This document shows, piece after piece, positions 48,879-58,313 of a stretch of DNA of 64,000 bases. The notes beneath the pieces were generated by a model, which saw nothing but the letters and a program-made list of their open reading frames with translations, was not told the DNA's origin and searched no databases. Made by a program: the position numbers and the translations under genes. The stretch comes from Longimicrobium sp. (GTDB lineage: Bacteria > Gemmatimonadota > Gemmatimonadetes > Longimicrobiales > Longimicrobiaceae). The stretch spans positions 375 to 64,374 of the forward strand of contig DASSJS010000264.1 of assembly GCA_035691085.1 (NCBI GenBank), written 5' to 3'. How positions within the stretch are numbered: the stretch's first letter is position 1; the number at the start of each line of letters is the position of its first letter.

Positions 48879-49535
48879 ATGACCAGCGAGCCCCAGAGCG
48901 CAACTGACGTCGTAAGGGCTGCCGCGGCAGCCCTTGAAGCTCAGCGATGGACCGACGTCGTTCCACTCGTCCATCCGGACTCGCTCGAAAGCTTCAAGGA
49001 AGCCCAGCTGCGAAGGCTGCGCAGGGATGAAGAGTTCGCACGCGCCGCTGCCGGCTCGGACGAGATACGGCCCGGCGGCAACGCGGCGGCGCACGAGACG
49101 GTTCGGGCAGGCGAAGCGCGCGCGCTGCCGCAGATCCTCGCCGAATGGGAAGTGCGGTCTTCTTTCCGCGAATTGGAAGACCTCGCACCCGCGGATTTCC
49201 TCGTACGGTTCCTTGCGGCTACCTCTCCAGGGGCCCTCGCCCGCATCGCCCTCGCGGTGCACGATCCTTCAGCCGATGCAGGAGCTTTCCGCGACGAATC
49301 GCCCCAGCGGCAGATCATCGTCCTAGGCGAGGTGCGGGAAGGCTCAAGCACGGCGCACGTCCTTTACCGCGACCTCAGTCCGGGCGAGCAGTATGATCCG
49401 GAGTCGCCGCAGGGATTCGTGCTTGTCACCGAGGCACATCATCGCGACGGCCGCTGGTGGTTGCAGCTCGGCCGCCGCGGCCTCCTGGAACGGCCATCCG
49501 TCGTCTGGGCTAATCTCCTCTCCGCGCAGGCATAG
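48879..49535 (+). CDS. Hypothetical cytoplasmic protein (218 aa)
   Basis: 218-aa ORF with normal composition. No motif recognised. Confidence 0.5.
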   Translation: MTSEPQSATDVVRAAAAALEAQRWTDVVPLVHPDSLESFKEAQLRRLRRDEEFARAAAGSDEIRPGGNAAAHETVRAGEARALPQILAEWEVRSSFRELEDLAPADFLVRFLAATSPGALARIALAVHDPSADAGAFRDESPQRQIIVLGEVREGSSTAHVLYRDLSPGEQYDPESPQGFVLVTEAHHRDGRWWLQLGRRGLLERPSVVWANLLSAQA

Positions 49536-49633
49536 GCGGCGCAGATGGCGCAAAGAGATACGCGATGGCCCCGGCGAGCATCTCGCCGGGGCCAAGTCAT
49601 ATCACACGAGCAGAGCAGGGAAGTGCGTACGCC

Positions 49634-50734
49634 TCAATCCGCCGCGGCCGTCTCCACCACCTGGGGCGCGCCGGGGTAGCCGTCGCCGGCGTAGCGGTAG
49701 TGCGGGCCCAGGTCGCTGCCGTCGCGCACCATGGTGCCCTTGTAGCGCATGTGCTCCTCGTGCACGCCGAAGTTGATGCGCTGCAGCTCGTCGATCCGCT
49801 GCAGGTCGTCGGCCGAGAGATCGGGCAGGTCGCTGGCGGCGGCGAACTCCTCCAGCTGCTCCTGGTTGTAGATGTTGGGGAGCGTGGTCATCACCGCGGG
49901 GCTGGCCAGCAGCCACTTGAGCGCGGCCTGGCCGATGGTCATCCCGCGCCCCTCGTGCAGCCAGCCCAGGCTCTCCAGCTTCTTCAGGCCGTTGGTGAGC
50001 CAGCTGCGCGGGCGGTGGCGACGGTGGTCGTTCTTGGCGAACTCGGTGTCCTCGGTGTACTTGCCCTCCAGCATCCCGCTGCTGTGCGTCACGCGCACCT
50101 GCAGCCCCACGCCCGCCTTCTCGGCCGCGCGCGTCAGGATCTCGCCGGGGAAGGGCTCCAGCACGTTGTTGATCAGCTGCAGGTTCTTCACGCCCTTGCC
50201 GTCGATCAGCTCCAGCCCCTCGTACAGGTAGCCGTTCGATGGCCCCAGCGCGGCGCCCCAGGCGCGGACCTTCCCCTCGTCCTGCAGCCGCGCCAGCGTC
50301 TCCCAGATGGCGTCGACCGGCACGTGCTCCTCGTGGGCGTTGTGGTAGCTCACGATGTCGATCACGTCGGTCCCCATCCGCTTCAGCGATTCCTCCACGG
50401 CGTAGCGGATGTACGCCGGGTCGGCGTTGTGCGGGATCTCCTGCTGGCCGCGGCGCGCGTCGGGATGGCTGTAGAAATCGTACCCCACCTTGGTGGTGAT
50501 CACCACCTGGTCGCGCCGGTCGCCAAAGGCACGCGCCAGGATCTCGTCCGCGCGGCCGTTGCCGTAGGTGTCGGCGCTGTCGAAGGTGGTGATGCCCAGG
50601 TCGAAGGCGCGGTGCAGCATCTCCACCGCCTGATCGTCGGTGAACTCGCCCCACCACCCGGCGGCCAGCGTCCAGAGCCCGAAGCCCACCTCACTGACGG
50701 TGATGTCGGTGCCGGGATAGGTACGATATTTCAT
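49634..50734 (-). CDS. Aldo/keto reductase family oxidoreductase (366 aa)
   Basis: Internal ATG (MKYRTYPGTDITVSEVGFGLW...) of ORF 49634..51133. AKR signatures FDSADTYGNGRADEILA and VITTKVG. Confidence 0.85.
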   Translation of the reverse strand: MKYRTYPGTDITVSEVGFGLWTLAAGWWGEFTDDQAVEMLHRAFDLGITTFDSADTYGNGRADEILARAFGDRRDQVVITTKVGYDFYSHPDARRGQQEIPHNADPAYIRYAVEESLKRMGTDVIDIVSYHNAHEEHVPVDAIWETLARLQDEGKVRAWGAALGPSNGYLYEGLELIDGKGVKNLQLINNVLEPFPGEILTRAAEKAGVGLQVRVTHSSGMLEGKYTEDTEFAKNDHRRHRPRSWLTNGLKKLESLGWLHEGRGMTIGQAALKWLLASPAVMTTLPNIYNQEQLEEFAAASDLPDLSADDLQRIDELQRINFGVHEEHMRYKGTMVRDGSDLGPHYRYAGDGYPGAPQVVETAAAD

Positions 50735-50956
50735 CAGAGCAGCCCTCCAATCAGGCGCGGAACAGGTCGTAAACGTCAGCGGGGGCGGATGAAACTCCCG
50801 CGAACTCAAAGCTGATGAGCAGACAGGAAAAGTGCTCTCCCCGGCGGGGCAGGGCAAGTGGGAAGATGCCCGACCGGGGCGATGGGGTGATGCCGGACGC
50901 GGCGCTTCGGCGGCATCATCACCAGACCGCCAGAGATCCGCTTCGGCGATTATGCC

Positions 50957-51146
50957 CACCGGCGGCTGAAGCCGCAGCAACAACGACGAAAAGCCTCGCA
51001 AACTGCGCGAGGCTCCTGGCTGAGTGCCGAATCCAGCCCGTCGCTCGGAGCCCCGCGGCGCTGTGGAAGTGCTTCGGCCGATATCGCTCACCGGCGGCTG
51101 AAGCCGCAGCAACAACGACGAAAAGCCTCGCAAACTGCGCGAGGCT
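50957..51146 (+). repeat. Two tandem REP-A copies (cores 50957..51014 and 51089..51146) in about 130-bp units extending to about 51215
   Basis: The identical core caccggcggctgaagccgcagcaacaacgacgaaaagcctcgcaaactgcgcgaggct occurs twice, with conserved right flanks (tggctgagtgccgaatccagcc...). Confidence 0.85.
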
Positions 51147-51337
51147 CCGTGGCTGAGTGCCGAATCCAGCCTGTCGCTCGGAGCCCCGCGGCGCTGTGGA
51201 ACTGCGTTTCCGCCGAGACGCTCCGAACCAGCAGTGCTCCCCTTTCTTCCGCGGAGCGGGGGAGAGGGGCCGGGGGAGAGGGGGAAGACGGGGCTCGGCG
51301 AGTGCCTGTCTGACGATCGCCCGGGCCCGATCCCGCC

Positions 51338-52729
51338 TCAGCAGTGCGAGCTCATGGCGAAGCCTTCCTGCGCGTCCACCAGCGGGGCGCGGTAGTCGCC
51401 GGTGAAGCAGGCGGTGCAGTAGGTCTCGCCGTTGTCGCGCACGCAGTCCAGCATCCCCTCGGGCGACAGGTAGCCGAGCGAATCCACGCCCAGGTACTCG
51501 CGGATCTCGTCCACGCTCTTTCCCGAGGCGATCAGCTCGCCCTTGCTGGGCATGTCGATGCCGTAGAAGCAGGGCCAGCGCACCGGGGGGCTCGCCAGGC
51601 GCAGGTGCACCTCGGCCGCGCCCGCGTCGCGCAGGATTGCCACCAGCGCGCGCGACGTGGTCCCGCGCACCAGCGAATCGTCCACCACCACCACGCGCTT
51701 CCCCTCCAGCACCTCGCGAACGGGGCTGAACTTGAGGCGCACCTTGAAGTCACGCCCGGCCTGCGTGGGGGTGATGAAGGTGCGGCCCACGTAGTGGTTG
51801 CGGATCAGCCCCAGCTCGAACGGCACGCCGCTCTGCTCGGCGTAGCCCACCGCCGCCGAGTTGGCGCTGTCGGGCACGCTGATCACGATGTCGGCGCTTG
51901 CGGGGCGCTCCTGCGCCAGGCGCCGGCCGAATGCGCGGCGGGCGCGGTCCACCGTGTATCCCCACAGCCGCGTGTCGGGGCGGGCGAAGTACACCAGCTC
52001 GAACACACACGGCTGCGGCTCGGCCACGAAGCGCGGGAGCCGCACCACGCTCTCGATCTCGCCGCCGCGGATGCGGATCAGCTCGCCCGGCTCCACGTCG
52101 CGCACGTAGCGCGCGTGCACGATGTCGAGCGCGCACGTCTCGCTGGCCACCACCAGCCCGCCGGTGGGGAGCGCACCGATCACCAGCGGGCGGTAGCCGT
52201 ACGGGTCGCGCGCGGCATACAGCGTGTCATCCACCGTGGCCAGGATGCAGTACGCGCCCTCCAGCTGGCTCAGCGCGTCCACGATCTGCGCCTCCGGCGT
52301 GTTGTCGCGCGAGCGGGCGATCAGGTGCACGATCACCTCGCTGTCGATGGTGCTCTGGAAGAACGCACCCTCTTCGAGCAGGCGGTCGCGGATGGCGTGG
52401 AAGTTGGTGAGGTTGCCGTTGTGGACCACCGCGAGGTGGCCGAAGCGGTACGTTTCGCGGATCGGCTGGGCGTTCTTGAGCCCCGCGCCCCCGGCGGTGG
52501 AGTAGCGGATGTGCCCCACCGCCGTCTCGCCGGGTAGCTCGGCCAGCTTCTGGTCGGTGAACACGTCGGAGACCAGCCCCGCCTCGCGGACACGGTGCGT
52601 CTCGCCCGTCGCACCCTCGTAGGTGACGATGCCGGCGGCCTCCTGGCCGCGGTGCTGGAGCGAGTAGAGGCCCAGGTAGGTGAGCCGGGCGGCTTCGGGA
52701 TTGCCGGAAACCGCTACGATTCCACACAC
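51338..52729 (-). CDS. purF: Amidophosphoribosyltransferase
   Basis: 463 aa. N-terminal nucleophile MCGIVAV, PRPP loop VVVVDDSLVRGTTS, C-terminal Fe-S Cys cluster (CTACFTGDY). Confidence 0.93.
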   Translation of the reverse strand: MCGIVAVSGNPEAARLTYLGLYSLQHRGQEAAGIVTYEGATGETHRVREAGLVSDVFTDQKLAELPGETAVGHIRYSTAGGAGLKNAQPIRETYRFGHLAVVHNGNLTNFHAIRDRLLEEGAFFQSTIDSEVIVHLIARSRDNTPEAQIVDALSQLEGAYCILATVDDTLYAARDPYGYRPLVIGALPTGGLVVASETCALDIVHARYVRDVEPGELIRIRGGEIESVVRLPRFVAEPQPCVFELVYFARPDTRLWGYTVDRARRAFGRRLAQERPASADIVISVPDSANSAAVGYAEQSGVPFELGLIRNHYVGRTFITPTQAGRDFKVRLKFSPVREVLEGKRVVVVDDSLVRGTTSRALVAILRDAGAAEVHLRLASPPVRWPCFYGIDMPSKGELIASGKSVDEIREYLGVDSLGYLSPEGMLDCVRDNGETYCTACFTGDYRAPLVDAQEGFAMSSHC

Positions 52730-52925
52730 GGAGCTCGATCCTGCTGCTGTGGGTTGTGGCGCGCGAGACGGTGGTACCCCGCACGCACGACGGGGAGCCC
52801 GCCACTGGCATTTCGCGAGGCGCCGCGCGAAAACTGACCGTGGTCAGATACGCCCTATCTTCCGAGAGCAAAATGGGTTGAGTGACCTCGGCACCGCGGC
52901 CCTCTCCCTGGCTCGTTCCTCGCCT

Positions 52926-53200
52926 GTCCCTCCCCCAAAAACAGCCTGGGGGAGGGACGTGGGCGCTTCGCGCGGCGACTTCATCGCGCGCGTTTGATCC
53001 GTCGCGCTCCGGCGGCGCCGCGCCCCCTCCCCGCGCCTGAGAGCGCGACCCTCCCCCGTACCGGGAGAGGGTGGCTCACACATGTTCGCGCGTCCTGCTG
53101 ATGTTCGTGCGCGCGGGAGCTCCCGGACCGCAACCCTGCGTCTCCCGCAAACCTCTCCCGGTACGGGGGAGGTGCGAGCCTGAGCGAGCGGAGGGGGCCC
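52926..53200. repeat. Cluster of GC-rich palindromic repeats between purF and purL (REP-E 52926..52958; REP-C 53018..53075 reversed and 53152..53200)
   Basis: gtccctcccccaaaaacagcctgggggagggac, and acctctcccggtacgggggaggtgcgagcctgagcgagcggagggggc together with its reverse complement. Confidence 0.75.
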
Positions 53201-53259
53201 GAGGCGGAGGATCTGACGAGGCGCCTCTCCTCGCGACGTCCGAGACCCCGAGCGTCCCC

Positions 53260-55572
53260 TCACGCGTGCTGCACTTCGCTCTCCAGCGAGGTCTCCACGT
53301 CCGCGGCGCTGCCTTCCATGCGGCGGGGGATGGCGCGCTCGTAGATCTGCTGCAGGCCGAAGGCGGGGGCGTGGATCGCGCCGCCCTTCGTCTCGATCCG
53401 TATCGCGCTGTTGCGCCCGCCCACCGTGCCGATCCGCTTCGCCGGCACGCCGTGGATCTCCAGGCAGCGCGTCAGCTCATCCACCTTCGCCGCGTCGCAC
53501 GAGAGCACCACGCGCCCCTGCGCCTCGCCGAAGAGGAGCGCGTTGGCCGGGAGATCGTCGTCCAGCCGCACCTCGATGCCGAAGGGCTCGCTTCCGCCCG
53601 CGAAGGCGCTCTCCACCAGCGCCACCGCCAGCCCGCCCTCGGCCGGGTCATGCGCGCTGCGGACCAGCCCGGCGTGGATGGCGGCCAGGATGCCGCGCTG
53701 CAGGCGGCTCTCGGCGGCCAGGTCCAGCGCGGGGGCATCTCCGGCCACGCGGTCGTGGATCACCTTCAGGTACTCGCTCCCGCCCAGCTCGCCCGTGTTG
53801 CGGCCCGCCAGCACAATCGCGTCGCCTTCGCCCTGAAAGCCGGCCACGGTCACGTGCGCCAGGTCTTCCACGATCCCCACCATCCCGATCGTGGGCGTGG
53901 GATAGATGGCGCCGCGCGGGTTCTCGTTGTACAGGCTCACGTTCCCGCCCGTCACCGGCGTCTCGAACGCCTCGCACGCCTCGCCGATGCCGCGCAGCGC
54001 CTCGGCCATCTGGAAGTAGACCTCGGGCTTCAGCGGGTTGCCGAAGTTGAGGTTGTCGGTCACCGCGCGGGGGAGGGCGCCGGAGCAGACGAGGTTTCGA
54101 GCGGCTTCCGCAACGGCGATCAGGCCGCCGCGGTACGGGTTGAGGTGCACGTAGCGGCCGTTGCAGTCCACCGTCATCGCCACGCCCTTGTTCGTCCCCC
54201 TCAGACGTAGGACGGCGGCATCGCTGCCGGGGCCTACGACGGTGTTCGTCCGCACGGTGCTGTCGTACTGCTCGTAGACCCAGCGCTTGGACGCGATGGA
54301 GGGCGAATCCAGCAGCCGCTCCAGCGTCCACGTGGGATCACGCTCCTCGAACACGGGCGCGATCGCGGAGACGTCCGTCGCGCGCAGCGCCGCGATCTCG
54401 GGCGATTCCACGCCTTCGCGGGTGTACGTGGGGCAGCCTTCCACCAGCGGCTCGCCGGGGATGTCCACCACCACCGTGCCGTTCTCGCGGACCACGTAGC
54501 GCCCCGTCTCCGTCACACGGCCGATCGTCTCCGCGTCCAGGTCCCACTTGCCCAGGATGGCGCGCACGTCCTCGTCGTGGCCGTTCTTCGCGACCACCAG
54601 CATGCGCTCCTGCGTCTCGGAAAGGAGGATCTCGTACGGCGTCATCCCCGTCTCGCGCACGGGGACCTTGGTGATCTCGATGTCCACCCCCGTGCCGCCG
54701 CGCGCCGCCATCTCGGTACTCGAGGAGACCAGCCCCGCCGCGCCCATGTCCTGGATGCCAACGATGTGGCCGCTCTTGATCAGCTCGAGCGACGCCTCCA
54801 GCAGCAGCTTCTCGGTAAACGGGTCGCCCACCTGCACCTGCGGCCGCTTCGCCTCGCTCTCCTCGGACAGCTCGGCGGACGCGAAGGTGGCGCCGTGGAT
54901 GCCGTCGCGGCCGGTCTTGGCGCCCACGGCCATGATCGGGTTGCCGACGCCGGCCGCCACGCCGCGGATCAGGTCCTCGTGCTTCATCAGGCCCACGCAC
55001 ATGGCGTTGACCAGCGGGTTCCCCTCGTACGCGCCGTCGAAATAGACCTCGCCGGCCACGGTGGGGATCCCCACGCAGTTGCCGTAGTCGCCGATCCCCT
55101 TCACGCACCCGGCGAACAGGTAGCGCACCCGGTCGCCCTGCTCGCCGTCGATCTCGCCGAAGCGCAGGGAGTTGAGCATGGCGATGGGCCGCGCGCCCAT
55201 GGTGAACACGTCGCGCAGGATGCCACCCACGCCCGTCGCCGCGCCCTGGTACGGCTCCACGGCACTCGGATGGTTGTGCGACTCGATCTTGAAGGCCACC
55301 GCCAGCCCGTCGCCCACGTCGATCACGCCGGCGTTCTCGCCGGGGCCCTGGAGCACCCAGGGGGCTTTCGTGGGGAGCTTCTTGAGGAGCGGGCGGCTGT
55401 TCTTGTAGCCGCAGTGCTCGCTCCACATGGCGCTGAACACGCCCAGCTCGGTGAACGTGGGCTCGCGCCCCAGGATGCCCAGGACGAGGTGGTACTCTTC
55501 AACGGAAAGCCCGTGCTCCGCGACCAGCTCGGGGGTGATCGCGGGATCGCCGGGGCGTGCGCTTGCGGTCAC
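53260..55572 (-). CDS. purL: Phosphoribosylformylglycinamidine synthase subunit PurL
   Basis: 770 aa. Typical small-type PurL (FGAM synthase II), with N-terminus ...[41 protein letters not shown]. Confidence 0.93.
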   Translation of the reverse strand: MTASARPGDPAITPELVAEHGLSVEEYHLVLGILGREPTFTELGVFSAMWSEHCGYKNSRPLLKKLPTKAPWVLQGPGENAGVIDVGDGLAVAFKIESHNHPSAVEPYQGAATGVGGILRDVFTMGARPIAMLNSLRFGEIDGEQGDRVRYLFAGCVKGIGDYGNCVGIPTVAGEVYFDGAYEGNPLVNAMCVGLMKHEDLIRGVAAGVGNPIMAVGAKTGRDGIHGATFASAELSEESEAKRPQVQVGDPFTEKLLLEASLELIKSGHIVGIQDMGAAGLVSSSTEMAARGGTGVDIEITKVPVRETGMTPYEILLSETQERMLVVAKNGHDEDVRAILGKWDLDAETIGRVTETGRYVVRENGTVVVDIPGEPLVEGCPTYTREGVESPEIAALRATDVSAIAPVFEERDPTWTLERLLDSPSIASKRWVYEQYDSTVRTNTVVGPGSDAAVLRLRGTNKGVAMTVDCNGRYVHLNPYRGGLIAVAEAARNLVCSGALPRAVTDNLNFGNPLKPEVYFQMAEALRGIGEACEAFETPVTGGNVSLYNENPRGAIYPTPTIGMVGIVEDLAHVTVAGFQGEGDAIVLAGRNTGELGGSEYLKVIHDRVAGDAPALDLAAESRLQRGILAAIHAGLVRSAHDPAEGGLAVALVESAFAGGSEPFGIEVRLDDDLPANALLFGEAQGRVVLSCDAAKVDELTRCLEIHGVPAKRIGTVGGRNSAIRIETKGGAIHAPAFGLQQIYERAIPRRMEGSAADVETSLESEVQHA

Positions 55573-55846
55573 GGTCTATGCCTTCAGGGGTGGATGGACG
55601 CTCTCCCAACACCAAATCCCGGCGCGAGGCTCGGCCGGGCGATTGAAATCGCGGCAACAACGGCCCGAAGTCCGCCTTCGCGGACTCCCACGCGGGCATC
55701 GTTGCGCCGGGCCCGGCACCGATGCGATTCACCCGTCCGGCGGGTTGAAACCCGCCGCTGATCAGGAAACGTCCGCCTTCGCGGACTGCGCGCGAGCATT
55801 CGCGCGCTGCGACGGCGCAATCAGTCGCGCGCCGGGCTTTCCTTGC

Positions 55847-55897
55847 AACCTCTCCCGGTACGGGGGAGGCGCGAGCCTAAGCGAGCGGAGGGGGCGC
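55847..55897 (+). repeat. REP-C repeat
   Basis: aacctctcccggtacgggggaggcgcgagcctaagcgagcggagggggcg. Confidence 0.75.
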
Positions 55898-55939
55898 GGT
55901 GCCGCGGCACGCGCCCTCATCCACTTCACGCGATGAGGC

Positions 55940-56836
55940 TTACGGCCGCGGGACCACGCGCGGAGTCACGCTGTTCTCGCGGTCGCGGCGCTTGGCCTGC
56001 ACGGTGTCGGGCTGGTTCGGCAGCGTGGTGCGCGTCACCTGGCTCTCGCGCTCGGCGCGCGTGTCGTCCACCGAGGTGGCGCGCGTGCTGGTGCTGTCGG
56101 TGAGCTGCACCGGCGGCTGCGCGCCCTGCGTGATCGGGCCGGGGCCGGTCACCGTGCGCCCGTCGGGGCTCATCGAGCCCGTGGGGCTGCGCGAAAGGCC
56201 GCGCGTCACGCCACCCGTCGCCCCGCCGCCGGCATTTCCTCCACCGGCCGCGCCCTGCTGGCCGGCGCCGGTGCGGATGATGGTGCCCTGGCCCTGCGCC
56301 TCGTCGTTCCCCGAGCGCGCGGGCGGGGGAAAGTCGCGCACCTGTCCCTGCGCGCCCGGCTCCACGCTCACGCCGCCCACGCGCGCGGGCGCGTCATCGC
56401 CCGGGTCGCTGTTGCGGTCGCGGCTGCGGCCCTTCACGATGATCCGCTCGGGGCCGTTTCCGCCGCGCACGTCCAGGTCCTGCCCGCTCGCCGGCGCGGC
56501 GTTCAGCCGCACGGCGGCCGAGCCCGCGTTCCCGCCCGCCCGCTCCAGCGCGTCGGCCGCGGGGCCAGACGCGATGCGGCGCGAGCCGGTGCGGAGGACG
56601 GCGGCCACCACGCGCTCGTTGCGGAAGAACACCACGTCGTCGCTGCCGCAGCGGTTGGGGCAGCCGTTGGAGTAGAACCAGTAGCTCCACTCGCCCTCGC
56701 CGCGCGTTCTGGCCGGCGCGCCGAAAGTGCCGCGCACCTGGTCGGGGCTCATCCCGGGGCTGATCACCCGCTGCGCCGCCGCGGGGAGTGCGGAAAACAC
56801 CAGGAGTGCCGCCGCCATCGCAAGCTTCGCCTTCAT
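55940..56836 (-). CDS. Secreted BamE/SmpA-like domain protein with long low-complexity C-terminal tail
   Basis: Internal ATG (MKAKLAMAAALLVFSALPAAAQ) of ORF 55940..56932. ISPGMSPDQVRGTFGAP resembles the BamE/OmlA fold start. The rest is Gly/Arg/Asp/Thr-rich. Confidence 0.55.
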   Translation of the reverse strand: MKAKLAMAAALLVFSALPAAAQRVISPGMSPDQVRGTFGAPARTRGEGEWSYWFYSNGCPNRCGSDDVVFFRNERVVAAVLRTGSRRIASGPAADALERAGGNAGSAAVRLNAAPASGQDLDVRGGNGPERIIVKGRSRDRNSDPGDDAPARVGGVSVEPGAQGQVRDFPPPARSGNDEAQGQGTIIRTGAGQQGAAGGGNAGGGATGGVTRGLSRSPTGSMSPDGRTVTGPGPITQGAQPPVQLTDSTSTRATSVDDTRAERESQVTRTTLPNQPDTVQAKRRDRENSVTPRVVPRP

Positions 56837-57039
56837 CGTTTCCACCTCCGGTGTGTCAGGGGCGCGGGTGCGTCCATCCGGTCCAGCCCGTCCGTCGGTA
56901 GATGACCTCCGAGCCGCGGAACGCATCCGCATCGACCCGCATTCGCATCTCCCGACCTGCCATCATCATGCCGCGGCACGATTTCCGTGCGCGCCCGCGG
57001 CGCCGCGGCATCGTATCTCCCGCGAGGACAAGCGTCCGC

Positions 57040-57296
57040 GCATGCCGCGGCAGGCCCCCCTCCCCCCGGCCCCCTGCCCCCGCTCCGCGGGGGAGGGGGA
57101 GCACTTCATCTCGTTGCTATCCGCGACGTTGATGCAGTTCGGGCAGTGCCCCCTCCCCCCGCGTTGCGGGGGGAGGGACCAGGGGAGAGGGGGCCAGCCG
57201 GCGCTCGGCAGATCTTTCCCGCCCGCGCAGACCTTTCACCCGCCAACCTCTCCGGGTACGGGGGAGGTGCGAGCCTGAGCGAGCGGAGGGGGCGCG
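57040..57296. repeat. Cluster of three GC-rich palindromic repeats (REP-B 57040..57112 reversed, REP-B 57144..57210, REP-C 57245..57296)
   Basis: Read directly, in the intergenic region between the BamE-like gene and purQ. Confidence 0.8.
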
Positions 57297-57357
57297 GCGC
57301 GGAGGAAACGCGTTTCTGCCTCTTCCGACGTGGCCAGGACGTTGTCGTCGCCCCGTC

Positions 57358-58053
57358 TTACACCCGCGCCAGGTGCGCCGCCAGCGAGCGGAAGAAGCCC
57401 AGCCCGTCGGTGCTCCCCAGCAGCGGCTCGATGGCGCGCTCGGGGTGCGGCATCATCCCCAGCACGTTCCCCGCGGCGTTGATGATCCCGGCGATGCTGC
57501 GCGCGGAGCCGTTGGGGTTGGCGGCGGGGGAGACCAGCCCCTCGCCGTCGCAGTAGCGGAAGACGACCTGGCCGTTGGCCTCCAGCTCGTCCAGCGTCTC
57601 CGGGGCCGCGAAGTAGCACCCCTCGCCGTGCGCGATCGGGATCCGGAGCACGTCGCCGGTCGCGTATTCGCTGGTGAACGCCGTGTCGGCGCGCTCCACC
57701 AGCAGGTGGACGGGGCGGCTGCGGAACTTGAGGGTGCGGTTGCGCATCAGGCCGCCGGGAAGCATCCCCGCCTCGCACAGGATCTGGAAGCCGTTGCAGA
57801 TGCCGGCCACCGGCCCGCCCCCGGCCGCGAACGCCTTCACCTCGCGCATGATGGGGCTGTGCGCCGCGATGGCGCCCGCGCGCAGGTAGTCGCCGTAGCT
57901 GAACCCGCCGGGGAGGAAGACGGCGTCAACCCCGTGCAGGTCGTGCTCCTTGTGCCAGATGTAGATGGCCTCGGCGCCCAGGCCGTCCTTCACGGCCCTG
58001 TAGCAATCGTAGTCGCAATTGCTGCCGGGGAAGGTCACCACGCCGATCTTCAT
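57358..58053 (-). CDS. purQ: Phosphoribosylformylglycinamidine synthase subunit PurQ (glutaminase)
   Basis: Internal ATG ([16 protein letters not shown]) of ORF 57358..58353. Catalytic GICNGFQ and HPE. The start overlaps the purS stop. Confidence 0.92.
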   Translation of the reverse strand: MKIGVVTFPGSNCDYDCYRAVKDGLGAEAIYIWHKEHDLHGVDAVFLPGGFSYGDYLRAGAIAAHSPIMREVKAFAAGGGPVAGICNGFQILCEAGMLPGGLMRNRTLKFRSRPVHLLVERADTAFTSEYATGDVLRIPIAHGEGCYFAAPETLDELEANGQVVFRYCDGEGLVSPAANPNGSARSIAGIINAAGNVLGMMPHPERAIEPLLGSTDGLGFFRSLAAHLARV

Positions 58054-58313
58054 GCGGCCGCCAGCGCCTCCACCCGCACGTCGTAGTCCTCGGTCACCGG
58101 GTTGGCCAGCAGCTGGCGGCACATGGCGTCCACCCGCTCCCGGGCCTCGGCGTCGCCGTCCGCCTGCAGGGTGAAGCGGATCAGCCGCCCCACGTGCACG
58201 TCTTCCACGCCGCCGAAGCCCAGCGACTTGAGCGCGCCCTGCACGGCGCTTCCCTGCGGGTCCAGGATCCCCCGGCGCGGCGTGACCCGCACCTCCACGC
58301 GATAGTCCGTCAC
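58050..58313 (-). CDS. purS: Phosphoribosylformylglycinamidine synthase subunit PurS
   Basis: 87 aa. [33 protein letters not shown] is typical of PurS. Confidence 0.9.
   Translation of the reverse strand: MTDYRVEVRVTPRRGILDPQGSAVQGALKSLGFGGVEDVHVGRLIRFTLQADGDAEARERVDAMCRQLLANPVTEDYDVRVEALAAA

Noticed and set aside
39000-49650. Looked for an integrase, transposase, tRNA gene or short att-type repeats to call a discrete mobile element.
   Set aside because: None was recognised on either strand. Only long (about 185 and about 250 bp) duplications of gene 3' ends were found, so no mobile_element feature is reported.
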